Of a stretch of 64,000 nucleotides of DNA, positions 1 to 12,004 are shown one piece after another. The DNA lies in NCBI GenBank assembly GCA_003344405.1, contig NOWV01000151.1, positions 1 through 64,000 of the forward strand, given 5' to 3'. The translations under genes and the position numbers were made by a program. Within the stretch, counting starts at the first letter, position 1. Each line of letters starts with the position of its first letter. This DNA is from Trichoplax sp. H2 (Eukaryota). A model generated the notes under the pieces. That model searched no databases. It had not been told where the DNA came from and saw only the letters and a program-made list of their open reading frames with translations.

Positions 1-835
1 GAATTATGCACTATGCAGTCTTATTGATAATATTTTCGATTACCGTGAAGCATTTATCTATTATAATTATACGTAAGTAGCTATTATTGTAATGATACAA
101 AGGATAACTTAAAACAACAGCAATTAAATTTTTGCATTTCTTTATTCCATCAAAAATTAATTAAGTGAGTAATAGTATCGCGTTGAAAGTGTCTCAAAAA
201 TGATGTGCGTGATTTTATTCTTGCCACTCTACTAATGTCTAGTATTCTTTTATGGTCGAGTTAAGAAAATTTGTCAAGTACATTGGCGTCAACAAGCGTT
301 GCGTACAAGCGTTGCATAAGAATTAAAAAGTTTATGCTACTTGTCCTTGGATGAATTCTTCTGCAATTACCATTGTGGCAATCCCTATAACATTTGCAAG
401 ATATTGTATTAATCTTCACTTTTCGCTAGCATTACAGCTCAATAAACCACTTAATTTAAATATGTAACTAATAAAGCAATAGAAAACAAAACAAAATCTC
501 GTACAATTAAATAATGTCAACTCATATGTTATTCCTAACATGTATTTATCACTCCTATGTATACCGCCCATTGATCGGTAATTACTTTTACACAAAATTA
601 GATATAATACAATTAATCATTTCAAACCTAACTCAAACTGTCTTTCTATTCAAGTATCTCTTCATTAATTGTTAATGCTGCAATTCGTATAAACAGTATA
701 GGGTATTTACTCGCGCATATAGATAGATTGGATAATATGAATATTTATGCTACTACAAAGAATCTTCATTTAACGATTGGAATTGCATACATGAAATACG
801 TAAATCTATTGATAATTTAGAAAAAATTTCTTAGC

Positions 836-1849
836 ATGGCATCGTCATTCCTTCAGAATAATGAAGCAGCTAGAATTCTCGCTTGGTCCATTGGTATAGC
901 GGGAATTTTATGCAATTTTGCTATTTTATGGTATAATTATAAATACAAACTTCTTAAAATCAATATCCAAAACCCATTAGCAAATCATCGCCAACAATCT
1001 GCACGAAAAACATCAACTGTAACTAATCATTTAATCTGTCAATTGGCAATAGCGAATCTTCTCGGTTCCATTTATCTTATTATTATTCTTTCTGCTGATC
1101 TTTACTACGGTTATCATTATCCAAATCTCTATCGAAACCCTAATCGTAAAAATGTCACAAACCCATGGCTTCTTAGTCCTTTCTGCCATCTTAGTCGCTT
1201 CTTATATTTCACTTCTTCTGTCATGTCTATTTTGCTACCTTCAGTTATTGTTATAGATCGCTTTATTGCTATTATATTTCCTTACAGCAAATTTCGATTT
1301 AACATTTATCGTTGCCGTTTAATTACCTTGATGTGTTGGCTTGTCGTAATAGCCTATGCTCTCATCCCAACTATTCGTAATATCGCCTTTCGATTAACGA
1401 AAGCATTCGATACAAACGCTAACCTTTGCTTATATCGTGATATAGTGCTTATATACAGTACCAATCACCGACTCTCTAGGCAAATCATATATTTTATACT
1501 AACCGGAATGATTGCCATATTGTATGTTATAATTTTTATTTATATCAAATTTAAAGGGCGTAACATGCAATCTCGAACGAACAGACTTGAAAGAAAAGTG
1601 CTCATCATAATGATCATTATTACTATTTCTAACATTTGCACTTTGTTTCCTGCATTTTTTGCAAGGGCTGTATTTAGAAATCCGGCATTTAATATCCCCA
1701 GACAAACATTTCAGCGAGCATTGCCAATCTTAATATTTGCTTCGTTCGCCAGTGGTGTCATCAATCCAATTGCATATTTTATATTAAGCGTTCTAGGTAA
1801 ATGTAATGCTAACCTTCTAGCATGTTGTAAGGCTCAAAAGACACTATAA
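836..1849 (+). CDS. Intronless rhodopsin-family GPCR, LGR/RXFP-like 7TM without ectodomain (array member 1)
   Basis: 337-aa ORF with seven hydrophobic segments; TM2 LAIANLLGSIYLIII, ECL1 WLLSPFC, TM3 IDRF, TM7 INPIAY. Confidence 0.9.
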   Translation: MASSFLQNNEAARILAWSIGIAGILCNFAILWYNYKYKLLKINIQNPLANHRQQSARKTSTVTNHLICQLAIANLLGSIYLIIILSADLYYGYHYPNLYRNPNRKNVTNPWLLSPFCHLSRFLYFTSSVMSILLPSVIVIDRFIAIIFPYSKFRFNIYRCRLITLMCWLVVIAYALIPTIRNIAFRLTKAFDTNANLCLYRDIVLIYSTNHRLSRQIIYFILTGMIAILYVIIFIYIKFKGRNMQSRTNRLERKVLIIMIIITISNICTLFPAFFARAVFRNPAFNIPRQTFQRALPILIFASFASGVINPIAYFILSVLGKCNANLLACCKAQKTL

Positions 1850-4800
1850 CACTATCATACACACACAACAGTACTTTGCATAAATAAAACTTATATATCA
1901 ATATAATTTCCTTGTATTAGCTATTGCCAAACATTTACATGCAATACGGATACTGTAATGCAGCATGTAACTACTGCAATTATCTGAAATTATTATACGT
2001 AGTAAAGGCAACACTCATGCCATATAAAGCTGCAAAAAAGTAAGTAAAAAGGAAAAAAAGTGACTTTAAGTAACTAAATTCTACGGCTGGGCAAAATAAG
2101 ATTGCCAGACTATAGCGACGTATAATATGATTGTATTTCTTATTTATGACAGTGCCTTATTGTTCAGTATATAAAGTTCAAGCCTATCATATTATTAATG
2201 GATAATTGATGCTTAGTATATCTATAGCCGACAACTTTTTCTGAAAAAAAACTATGCTGTTAACAGATCTTTCTCATCAAGCCATTGCTCACAAATCATG
2301 TTTTAACCCAACTAACCCTATACTATGCCGGTAAAAATTCGTAAACGCATTCATGGATACATAAAATTTAATTCCCTACAGTCATTTGATGCAATTCGAT
2401 CTTATTAACAATCTGCTAATAAATCCTGTTAATAAAGTTGTACGCAAAATAAAAAAACGAGAAACCTATATCTTTAGCACTTATCGTATTCCAGATAGAC
2501 GATGTACTCCAGTTGTCGATGTACATTTCTTGTAGTATTGAAAAAATATTTCGCTTGTTCGTAGATACTGTACTTATAACTTCAAAGAAAGAGTATGCAG
2601 CAATCATTTCTAACAGCATAAACTATTGAAAAATTACATCTCAACGTTAAGATGAATTTTACAATATTGACGAATAAATTAAATACACGTTAGATTCGAC
2701 AGCCGCTGCATCACAGAATTTGCCGTACTTTTGTTGCAAGGGTGAAATTTTAGCTAATTTAAGAATGATAACAACAATTAAGGAATTAATTAACAGTATG
2801 TCACTTAATCAACGATACAGCATAGTAAGGGATGGTTAGGTCACTCAGGTACGTAAGCCTTCGTGATTACTATGTTGATATCTAAAATTCCACCACAGAA
2901 ATTTGATCTAGTGCATCGAATTTTAACAGCCATTGATTAATATAGATTTCTATATACTGTTCACCATAATTCTCGTGCGCCTCAGCGCTTCAAATAACAT
3001 GTCTATGATTACCTTGTTTCAGGTACGAATCCACAAAAGTATCTTCGGACGGAATAGCCAAGTGAACAAAATTTTTTGATCTTTAAGAACACTTATTGTG
3101 TTGTTGCTAGAAATCAGGTGCCATTGCAAATCAGTTTGTGATTCATACTATGCCCTGTAATAAGTAGGAGATTACAGCGAATAGAAAAGGTCTGATAATG
3201 TGCCCTCCACCGCTCATAGTAAGAGATAGGAACTACAACGTTTAGGATCAACTTTCATGAGAGAGTCATAGCCATCATATATAATTTTAGACTTAAGAGC
3301 CTAGTAATTTCATTTTGTTTTAAGCCTCTTGCACAGGTTAATTAACGTACGTAAAGTAGACGTCAATTGAACCAATATAGATAATGCATCCCCTTGCTAA
3401 CTGACTGAAGTTCACATAATTAGTAAAATGAAATTTGAACTATCTATAGGTACAACATATAATTACTTCAGTCTTAATTGTGAATAAATAAGGGGTAGTT
3501 TGATAAACACGAATACTTTACATCATATTTAAAAAAAGAAAACTAGCACAACATCTTTCGAATACTAAACCAAAAAATTATAGAGAATTACAAAATGGTC
3601 ATATTGAGTACCTGTAAAGTTACAGATGCTCGAGGCATTTAATTTAAAAATAAACCTATCGTATTGTTAATAGATTGCTTCGTAGAGTTATGCTAAAGCA
3701 TTTATGGTCCTTTAAAGGCAACTGAAAACTATATAGAAAATCTCGAAATTGACTTCTTTACGATTTGGTTTAAGAATGAAAAAATTCTCTTTATCCAATT
3801 AGATAATACAGTCCTGAAAATAAGTAGTGAATGAGAAAATACTAAATCCTGCTGTAATAGCTGAATATAACAGCAAAATGAATTCTTCTGACTATAATAC
3901 TAATATTGCTAAGAGATGCAAGATCACAATTGTAGCGATTTCAGCTAATTACAGTAGTAAGTTGAAGAAAGCTTCACTGTGTGACGTAGATTAGTCTATA
4001 AGAGGTTATTAAACTCATTCACTTGTAACAGCCAACTCTAGGCATTGTAATCGGTAAATAACTTAGGACGAATTAGAGCTGTATATCGATGAATTAAGTA
4101 TTGGTAGCTACTATGATGAGAAACTTAATCATAAGAATGTCACAAACCAGCTTCGTGAAAAAGATAGCGTAAAACAAATCTCTAAATTACAGTAGCCTTT
4201 GGGATTCAGCATCCCTTAACTATCTCACAAGAAATTAGACGCCTTTGCTTCTACTTTAAACAACTATAGAATTCCTCTTTATTCAACTATCTGCCGAGCT
4301 TAAATACCCTTCGGCAGCTGCTATCATGTATGAGTCATAGCATTTCATGCAATTTAGTGCGTATTGGATAGCTAAATTAATACAGAAATTGTTCATAATC
4401 TTAGACATGTACTGAATGATTCTAAATAATTAGATTACAGTATATCCATACAAAGAATTATTTATAGCGTCATCTATAATTGAATATTTTCAGGCTATTC
4501 ATCAGAAGCATTACAAGATATAACACTATAATGAATTAATTTTTAGTATTAGTTATCGTATAAGAACTCTTACTACAGCAGAGCATAATTTACTAAATCA
4601 AAATAATAACTACCGTAGTTCTTATTGTAAGTTATTACTAGTTATCTCCATATATAAATGTTAACCACTAAATTTAGTCGTTAGTCTTCACGACGGTTCG
4701 TATCGTTACAAGGAAATAATTGTATCCGTGCATTCGACTAAACCAAATCAAAGCAATAATATGTATCAACGTATTATTCTATTGACAAGCTATTATATCG

Positions 4801-4919
4801 TTACCATATTGTAAACTATAGCATTAAGAAATAATGACGCACTTATTCTAAATGCGATACTGAATTTGATAGTTTCTGCAACAAAATAGATAATTTCCCA
4901 ATGACTTACAGTAAGTTAT
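1315..4919 (+). repeat. Segmental duplication, copy A (paralogous to 5899-10079)
   Basis: Colinear high identity from ccgtttaattaccttgatg to atgacttacagtaagt, covering the 3' half of the GPCR and ~3 kb of flank. Confidence 0.95.
4138..4710 (-). mobile_element. Solo LTR (573 bp), 5-bp TSD AAGAA/AGGAA
   Basis: TGTCAC...GTTACA ends. The left end is the reverse complement of the family 3' end (aagctggtttgtgaca). The paralogous copy at 8745-9870 has a perfect AGGAA TSD. The older paralogous unit appears to have an empty site near 16130. Confidence 0.8.
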
Positions 4920-5878
4920 TGTAATGAAATGACAAAAGTAGAGATCAAGCTATAAAACTTTAATAAACTTTGATTCTACTTTCGTTGCACTCCGGTCGAC
5001 TTAACGCTAATTCTTTGACACCAAATAAAATTTGGGGAAATAACCGAACAACAATTTATTACAAAACAAAAATGGAGAGAAGTATAAACCGAAAAACCTT
5101 ACAAATACTTAGCTTTAAGCATTATTAAAATAAATGACAGACTTAAAAACTGTCAACGACCAAGCAACCTTTCAAAAAAGAAGAACGTTTTAACTTACGA
5201 CAATTCGACCCCGAAGGCCTTTTAAATTCAACAAGTTCTTCAAATAAAATCTTCTTCTACTCTCCCTCTAAATTTTCTAATTGCACTATCATTTATAGGC
5301 TTCGTAGAGCCGTCAGATATATTTAAAACTAAACATTTGCTAACCAATCGCTCTTAAGATCCGTTTTAGAAAACTAAATTTGCACCATTTAAGAAAACAA
5401 AAATCATTCAAAGTTCAGACGCAATTTACCCTACGATTCCCTTACAAAACACTATAAAACTAACAAGCTAACTATAAAAATACATCAAACTTCATTTCTA
5501 GCTTGATTTCTATCATTAATACACTATAAAAGTATAAAAATCAACCTTTAAACATCAAGATTTAGTCATAAAAACAACATTCTAACTACCTAACAATCAA
5601 CACAACCTCTGCCAATTTCCATCTTATTTTCTATTTTCCTAACTAAATCTCCTAATATGACTTCAAGTCACGTCATAAAATTCCAAAGTTTCAAATTCAT
5701 AACAAAAAGTCCAAATCTCAAAAATCAATTCTTACGATATTATTCATGAACAAAAATCCAAAAATTAAAACAGAAAAATTATAATTCAGATATAAATTAA
5801 AAATAAACCCGACCGGTTCCAAAACAGGAAAATTATATCGGACACAAACCCGACCGGTCCCAGAATCCGAAAACTATA
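4920..5878 (+). mobile_element. Interspersed element (LTR-like, begins TGTAATG) running into the assembly gap
   Basis: Absent from duplicate copy B at 10079. Homologous in inverse orientation to ~33794-34732 (e.g. ttcgaccccgaaggcc versus ggccttcggggtcgaa). Ends in a ~41-bp tandem repeat (aaacccgaccggt) at the gap. Confidence 0.7.
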
Positions 5879-5898
5879 NNNNNNNNNNNNNNNNNNNN
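5879..5898. other. Assembly gap (20 N)
   Basis: Run of n characters. Confidence 1.
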
Positions 5899-6472
5899 CC
5901 GTTTAATTACCTTGATGTGTTGGCTTGTCGTAATAGCCTATGCTCTCATCCCAACTATTCGTAATATCGCCTTTCGATTAACGAAAGCATTCGATACAAA
6001 CGCTAACCTTTGCTTATATCGTGATATAGTGCTTATATACAGTGCCAATCACCGACTCTCTAGGCAAATCATATATTTTATACTAACCGGAATGATTGCC
6101 ATATTGTATGTTATAATTTTTATTTATATCAAATTTAAAGGGCGTAACATGCAGTCTCGAATGAACAGAGTTGAAAGAAAAGTGCTCATCATAATGATCA
6201 TTATTACTATTTCTAACATTTGCACATTGCTTCCTGCATTTCTTGCAAGGGCTGTATTTAGAAATCCGGCATTTAATATCCCTAGACAAACATTTCAGCA
6301 AGCATTGCCAATCTTAATATTTTCTTCGTTCGCCAGTGGTGTCATCAATCCAATTGCATACTTTACATTAAGCGCTCGAAGTAAATGTGAAGCTAACCTT
6401 CTAGCGTATTGTAAAGCTCAAAAAGACACTATAACGCCATCAAACACACACAACAGTTCTTTGCATAAATAA
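5899..6472 (+). CDS. GPCR array member 2, TM4-TM7 only (5' part lost in the gap)
   Basis: Near-identical to member 1 from TM4 onward; the reading frame is open up to the gap. Confidence 0.85.
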
Positions 6473-8744
6473 AACTTATATATCAATATAATTTCCTTGT
6501 ATTAGCTATTGCCATACATTTACAAACAATATGGATACTGTAATGCAGCACGTAACTACTGCAATTAGCTGAAATTATTATATGTAGTAAAGACAACACT
6601 CGTGCCATATAAAGCTGCAAAGAAGGAAGTAATAAGGAAAAAAGTGACTTAAGTAACTAAATTCTACGGTTGGGCAAAATAAGATTGCCAGACTAAAGCG
6701 ACGTATAATATGGTCGTATTTCTTATTTATGACAGTGCCTTATTGTTCAGTATATAAAGTTCAAGCCTATCATATTATTAATGGATAATTGATGCTTAGT
6801 ATATCTATAGCCGAAAACTTTTTCTGATAAAAACTATGCTGTTAACTGATCTTTCTCATCAAGCCATTGCTCATAAATCATGTTTTAACCCAACTAGCCC
6901 TATACTATACCGGTAAAAATTCGTAAACGCATTCATGGATACATAAAATTTAATTCCTTACAGTCATTTGATGCAATTCTATCTTATTAACAATCTGCTG
7001 ATAAATCCTATTAATAAAGTTGTACGCAAGATAATAAATCGATAAACCTATATCTTTAGCACTTATCGTATTCTAGTTAGGCTATGTACTCCAGTTTTCC
7101 ATGTACATTTCTTGTAGTATTGAAAATATATTTCGCTTGCTCGTATATACTGTACTTATAGCTTCAAAGAAAGAGTCTGTAGCAATCATTTCGAACAGCA
7201 TAAACTATTGAAAAATTAGACTTCATCGTTAACAAAAATTTTATAATATTGACGAATAAATTAAATAGGCATTAAATTCGGTAGCTGTTGCATCATAGAA
7301 TTTGCCGTACTTTTGCAAGGGTGAGATTTTAGCTAATTTAAGAATGATAACAGCAATTAAAGAACTAATTTACAGTATGATACTTAATCAACGGTAAAGC
7401 GTAGCAAAGGACGGTTAGATCACTCAGGTACGTAAGCGTTCGTGATTACTATGTTGATATCTAAAATTTCACCAAAGAAATTTGATCTAGTGCATCGAAT
7501 TTTAACAGTCATTGATTAATATAGATTTCTATATACTGCTCTCCATAATTCTCGTGCGCCTCAGATGTTCAAATAACATGTCTATGATTACCTTGATTAC
7601 CTTGTTTCAGGTATGAATCCACAAAAGTATCTCTGGACTGAATAGCCAAGTAAAAAAATTTTTTTAATCTTTAAGAACACTTATTGCGTTGCTGCTAGAA
7701 TCAGGTACCATTGCAAAATCAGTTTGTGATTCATACTATGCCCTGTAATAAGTAAGAGATTACAGCGAGTAGAAAAGGAGTCTGATAATGTGCCCTCCGC
7801 CGCTCATGATAAGAGATAGGAACTTCAACGTTGAGGATCAATTTTCATGAATGAGTCATAGCCATCATATATAATTTTAGACTTTAGAGCCTAGTAATTT
7901 CATTTTGTTTTAAGCCTCTTGCACAGGTTGATTACCGCACGTAAAGTAGACTTTAATTGAACTAATATAGAGAATGCAACCCCTTGCTAACTGAATAAAG
8001 TCCACATAATTAGTAAAACGAAATATGAACTATCTATAGCTACAACATATAATTACTTCAGTCTTAATTGCGAATAAACAAGGGGTAGTTGATAAACACG
8101 AGTACTCTACATCATATTTAAAAAAAGAAAACTAGAATAACATCTTTCGGATACTAAACCAAAAAATTATAGAAAATAACAAAATGGTCATATTGAGTAC
8201 CTGTAAAGTTACAGTTACTTGAGGCATCTAATTTAATAATAAATCTATCGTATTGTTAATAGATTGCTTCGTAAAGCTATGCTAAAGCATTTATGGTCCT
8301 TTAAAGGCAACTGAAAACTATACAGAAAATCTTGAAGTTGATTTCTTTACGATTTGGTTTAAGAATGAAAAAATTCTGTTTATCCAATTAGATAATACAG
8401 TCCTGGAAATAAGTAGTGAATGAGAAAATACTAAGTCCTGCTGTAATAGCTGAATCTAACAGCAAAATGAATTCTTCTGACTATAATACTAATATTGCTT
8501 CTTAGAATCGTTCAGATGCATGATGTAAGATCACAATTGTAGCGATTTCAGCTAATTACAGTAGTAAGTTGAAGAAAGCTTCACTGTGTGACGTAGATTA
8601 GTCTATGAGGGGTTAATAAACTCATTCACTTGTAATAGCCAACTCTAGACATTGTAATCGGTAAATAACTTAGGACGAATTAGAGCTGTATATCGATGGA
8701 CTAAGTATTGGTAGCTACTATGATGAGAAACTTAATCATAGGAA

Positions 8745-9870
8745 TATCACAAACCAGCTTCGTGACAAAGATAGCGTAAAACAAATCTCTAAATTACAGT
8801 AGCCTCCGGGATTCAGTATCCCTTAACTATCTCACAAGAATTTAAACGCCTTTGCTTCTACGTTAAACAACTGTAGAACTCCTCTTTATTCAACTATCTG
8901 CCGAGCTTAAATACCCTTCGGCAGCTGCTATCATGCACGAGTCATAACAGTTCATGCAATTTAGTGCATATTGGATAGCTAAATTAATACAGAAATTGTT
9001 CATAATCTTAGACATGTACTGAATGATTCTAAATAATTAGATTACAGTATATCCATACAAAAAATTATTTACAGTGTCATCTATTATTGAATATCTTCAG
9101 GATATTCATCACAAGCGTTACAAGATATAACGCTATAATTAATTAATTTTTAGCATTAGTGTTACGGAGCTAGTAGCTCCGTGTTTACGATTAATAATTG
9201 TTTACAATCGTGTATGACCATGCTGACTAGCACCTAGTAGTAGAAAATAGCTATCATGTAATTGAAGTAAGTATTATTAGTGTGGAATTGCTATACGCAG
9301 TATTAAGGCAGTTAGCAATCAATAATTGTTGGTCGCTTAATATTATTATTGCTACTGATTATTAATCGTGTATTATTATGGTCTAACAAATAGGACATAA
9401 ATATTGTTCTCTGTTGTTGTGTGTGATAATTAGACTTGCTAACTGGAGTAACTAATATTATTGGCGACAAGTATAGTGACTGTAAATAAGAAAGGGTATT
9501 TAAGTTCTCCTGAGACTAGTGTAAAGGAGAAGTCCTTAGTGTAGCTAGAAGTTAATAAAGTTATTAACCTAGATCTATCGTTTGACTCAGTCTCTTTACT
9601 ATTGGAATAAGTTAGTTTTCCTTATAGAGGATTGCCTGAAGTTAGTCGGTGATCGGATAGAGTAGATAGAATAGACTAGGCCCGATCACGAAAGCTGTTT
9701 TGTGACAATTAGTTACCATATAAGAACTCTTACTACCGCAGAGAATAATTTACTAAAACAAAATAATAACTGCCATAGTTCTTATTGTAAGTTATTACTA
9801 GTTATCTCCATATATAAATATTAACCACTAAATTTAGTCATTAGTCTACACGATGGTTCGTACCGTGACA
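8745..9870 (-). mobile_element. Solo LTR (copy of 4138-4710) interrupted by a nested LTR; TSD AGGAA
   Basis: aggaa|tatcac...gtgaca|aggaa; length 1126 = 573 + 548 + 5. Confidence 0.85.
9160..9707 (+). mobile_element. Solo LTR (548 bp), perfect 5-bp TSD ATTAG, nested in another LTR
   Basis: attag|TGTTAC...GTGACA|attag. The empty site (single attag) is at 4548-4552 in copy A. Internal TATA-like gggtatttaag and an aataaa. Confidence 0.9.
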
Positions 9871-10963
9871 AGGAAACAATTGTATCTGTGTATTCAACTA
9901 AACCAAATCAAGGCAATAATATGTATCACCATATTATTCTATTGACAAGCTATTATATCGCTACCGTATTGTAAACTATAGCATTAAGAAACAATGACGC
10001 ACTTATTCTAAATGCGATATTGAATTTAATAGTTTTTGCTACAAAATAGATAATTTCCCAATGACTTACAGTAAGTCATGGTAAAATATAAATTATATGT
10101 AGCAGAATATAAAGAATCCTTAAGATTGTTATTTATCGATTATTTTTGTCTGATGCTATCTGATTTAAGCTTATTTAATTTTCTTAACGTTGCAATATTG
10201 TTAGTAATAATAACTTTAATTATCATAAATTATTTATTGATCACAGTATCATGTACAACGGTACAACGATATTTTAGTAACAACATAAGTTAATTCAGTA
10301 GTTAAAAACATGTTCTACTTCTTCTTCTATAGAAAAAGTTACTTGATCTATAAAGAATCCTATTGTCAAATGTTATCGTCTCCGTTACCTTTACCACTTA
10401 TATAGCTTCTATTCTTCTGTAAATTTGATAAATAATATTCATATGCAGGTTATCTTTGTGTAGCAGTAATTTCTATATGTTTACAGTTACTAGATATTTG
10501 ATAATTTCAATTGTAGTCAATCAATTACTAATTTCAAGGAAAAATTATTTTTAATTATTTTCTTTTCATTTAGTTCATTACCTTTTAAAAACCAACTCGA
10601 TTAAAGAGAACAAAAAGTTCATATGCCGTTGAATTAGATCAGATAATACCAATTCACAAAGTTTATGGCTAAAAGCAATCTAGCGTCGATACATTATAGA
10701 TATTCTGTAATCAATCATGTATGGCATTATTATTATAAGCCATTTTGTGCAATCATTATCATACACTCTACTGTACAGTGTATCAGCCATTCAGATTATT
10801 ATAAACATGTTCGTATGTTTATTTAAGAGCTTTGCATTACATTTATACAGCAATATCATAAAAGCAATTATACAAGACGCCCATCGAAGTAAACTTGATT
10901 CAGTATATTAAAGATCCAGTTATATTCATACTTGTACTAAGATCTAAAGATCACATTTTTGGC

Positions 10964-12004
10964 ATGCCTTTTTCGTTCTTACAAGATCATCATGCAGCTC
11001 GAATCTTCGCTTGGTCTATTGGTATATTCGGTATTTTAAGCAATCTTACAGTTTTATGGTGTAACAATAAGCACAAACTTGTTAAAGCTTTCAGTGGCAA
11101 ATCATTGGATAATTATGATCGTCGCAATCAAACTACAAGGAAGGTATCAAAGGTATCCAATCTTTTAATCTGTCATTTGGCAGCTGCTGATCTCCTGGGC
11201 GCCTCTTATCTAATTATTATTGCTTCTGCTGATATTTACTATGGCTATTATCATCCAAATATGTTTCGAAACCCCATTTCTGGAAATAGTACGAATTTGT
11301 GGCTTCTTAGTCCTTTTTGTCATATAAGTCGCTTCTTATTTTTTTGCTCTTCTATGATATCTATTCTGATAACATTGGTGATTGCAATAGACCGCTTCAT
11401 TACTGTCATTTTCTCGCACAGTAAATTAAGATTAAGCATCTTTCGCTGTCAAATAATCACTTCAGCATGTTGGCTTTTCAGTATAGGCTATGCTCTTATT
11501 CCAACTATCCTTAATATTATTGTAATACACACAATATCGAAGTATCGATTTGATATGAGTTCTAATCTTTGCCTATTTTTCAATGTAGTACCATTCTCCT
11601 ACTCAGTTTATTTCCTATCCAGGGAAATTATTTACTTTACGTTAATCGGACTGATTATAATTTTTTATCTATTAATTATAATTTATGTCAAAATTAAAAG
11701 AAGTAATTTAGGATCTCAAATGAACAGAGTTGAAAGAAGAATATCTCTTATTATGATCATTTTAACTATCTCAAATATTTGCAGTCTCCTCCCTTCATTC
11801 TTCATATATTCATTAACCCAAGACGATTATTCCTTGATCGCTATGCAAACTTATCAGCGTACTATCACTATGTTCATATTTGCTATATTCGCAAATACTG
11901 CAATCAATCCAATTGTATATTTTAAATTAACTGCTTCCATTGAAATTAGAACGTCTTTCTCGTGGTTTAAAACTAAAAGAGTATCTGTAGTGCCAGCAAA
12001 TTAA
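10964..12004 (+). CDS. GPCR array member 3
   Basis: ATG at 10964 (MPFSFLQ) aligns with the paralog starts; LAAADLLGASYLIII, IDRF, INPIVY. Confidence 0.9.
   Translation: MPFSFLQDHHAARIFAWSIGIFGILSNLTVLWCNNKHKLVKAFSGKSLDNYDRRNQTTRKVSKVSNLLICHLAAADLLGASYLIIIASADIYYGYYHPNMFRNPISGNSTNLWLLSPFCHISRFLFFCSSMISILITLVIAIDRFITVIFSHSKLRLSIFRCQIITSACWLFSIGYALIPTILNIIVIHTISKYRFDMSSNLCLFFNVVPFSYSVYFLSREIIYFTLIGLIIIFYLLIIIYVKIKRSNLGSQMNRVERRISLIMIILTISNICSLLPSFFIYSLTQDDYSLIAMQTYQRTITMFIFAIFANTAINPIVYFKLTASIEIRTSFSWFKTKRVSVVPAN

Larger units (their letters stand above)
5899..10079 (+). repeat. Segmental duplication, copy B
   Basis: Matches 1315-4919 plus a 553-bp insertion (548-bp LTR and 5-bp TSD). Confidence 0.95.

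Noticed and set aside
10895-10963. N-terminal extension of GPCR member 3
   Set aside because: Starts at TTG; paralogs start at the Met equivalent to 10964.
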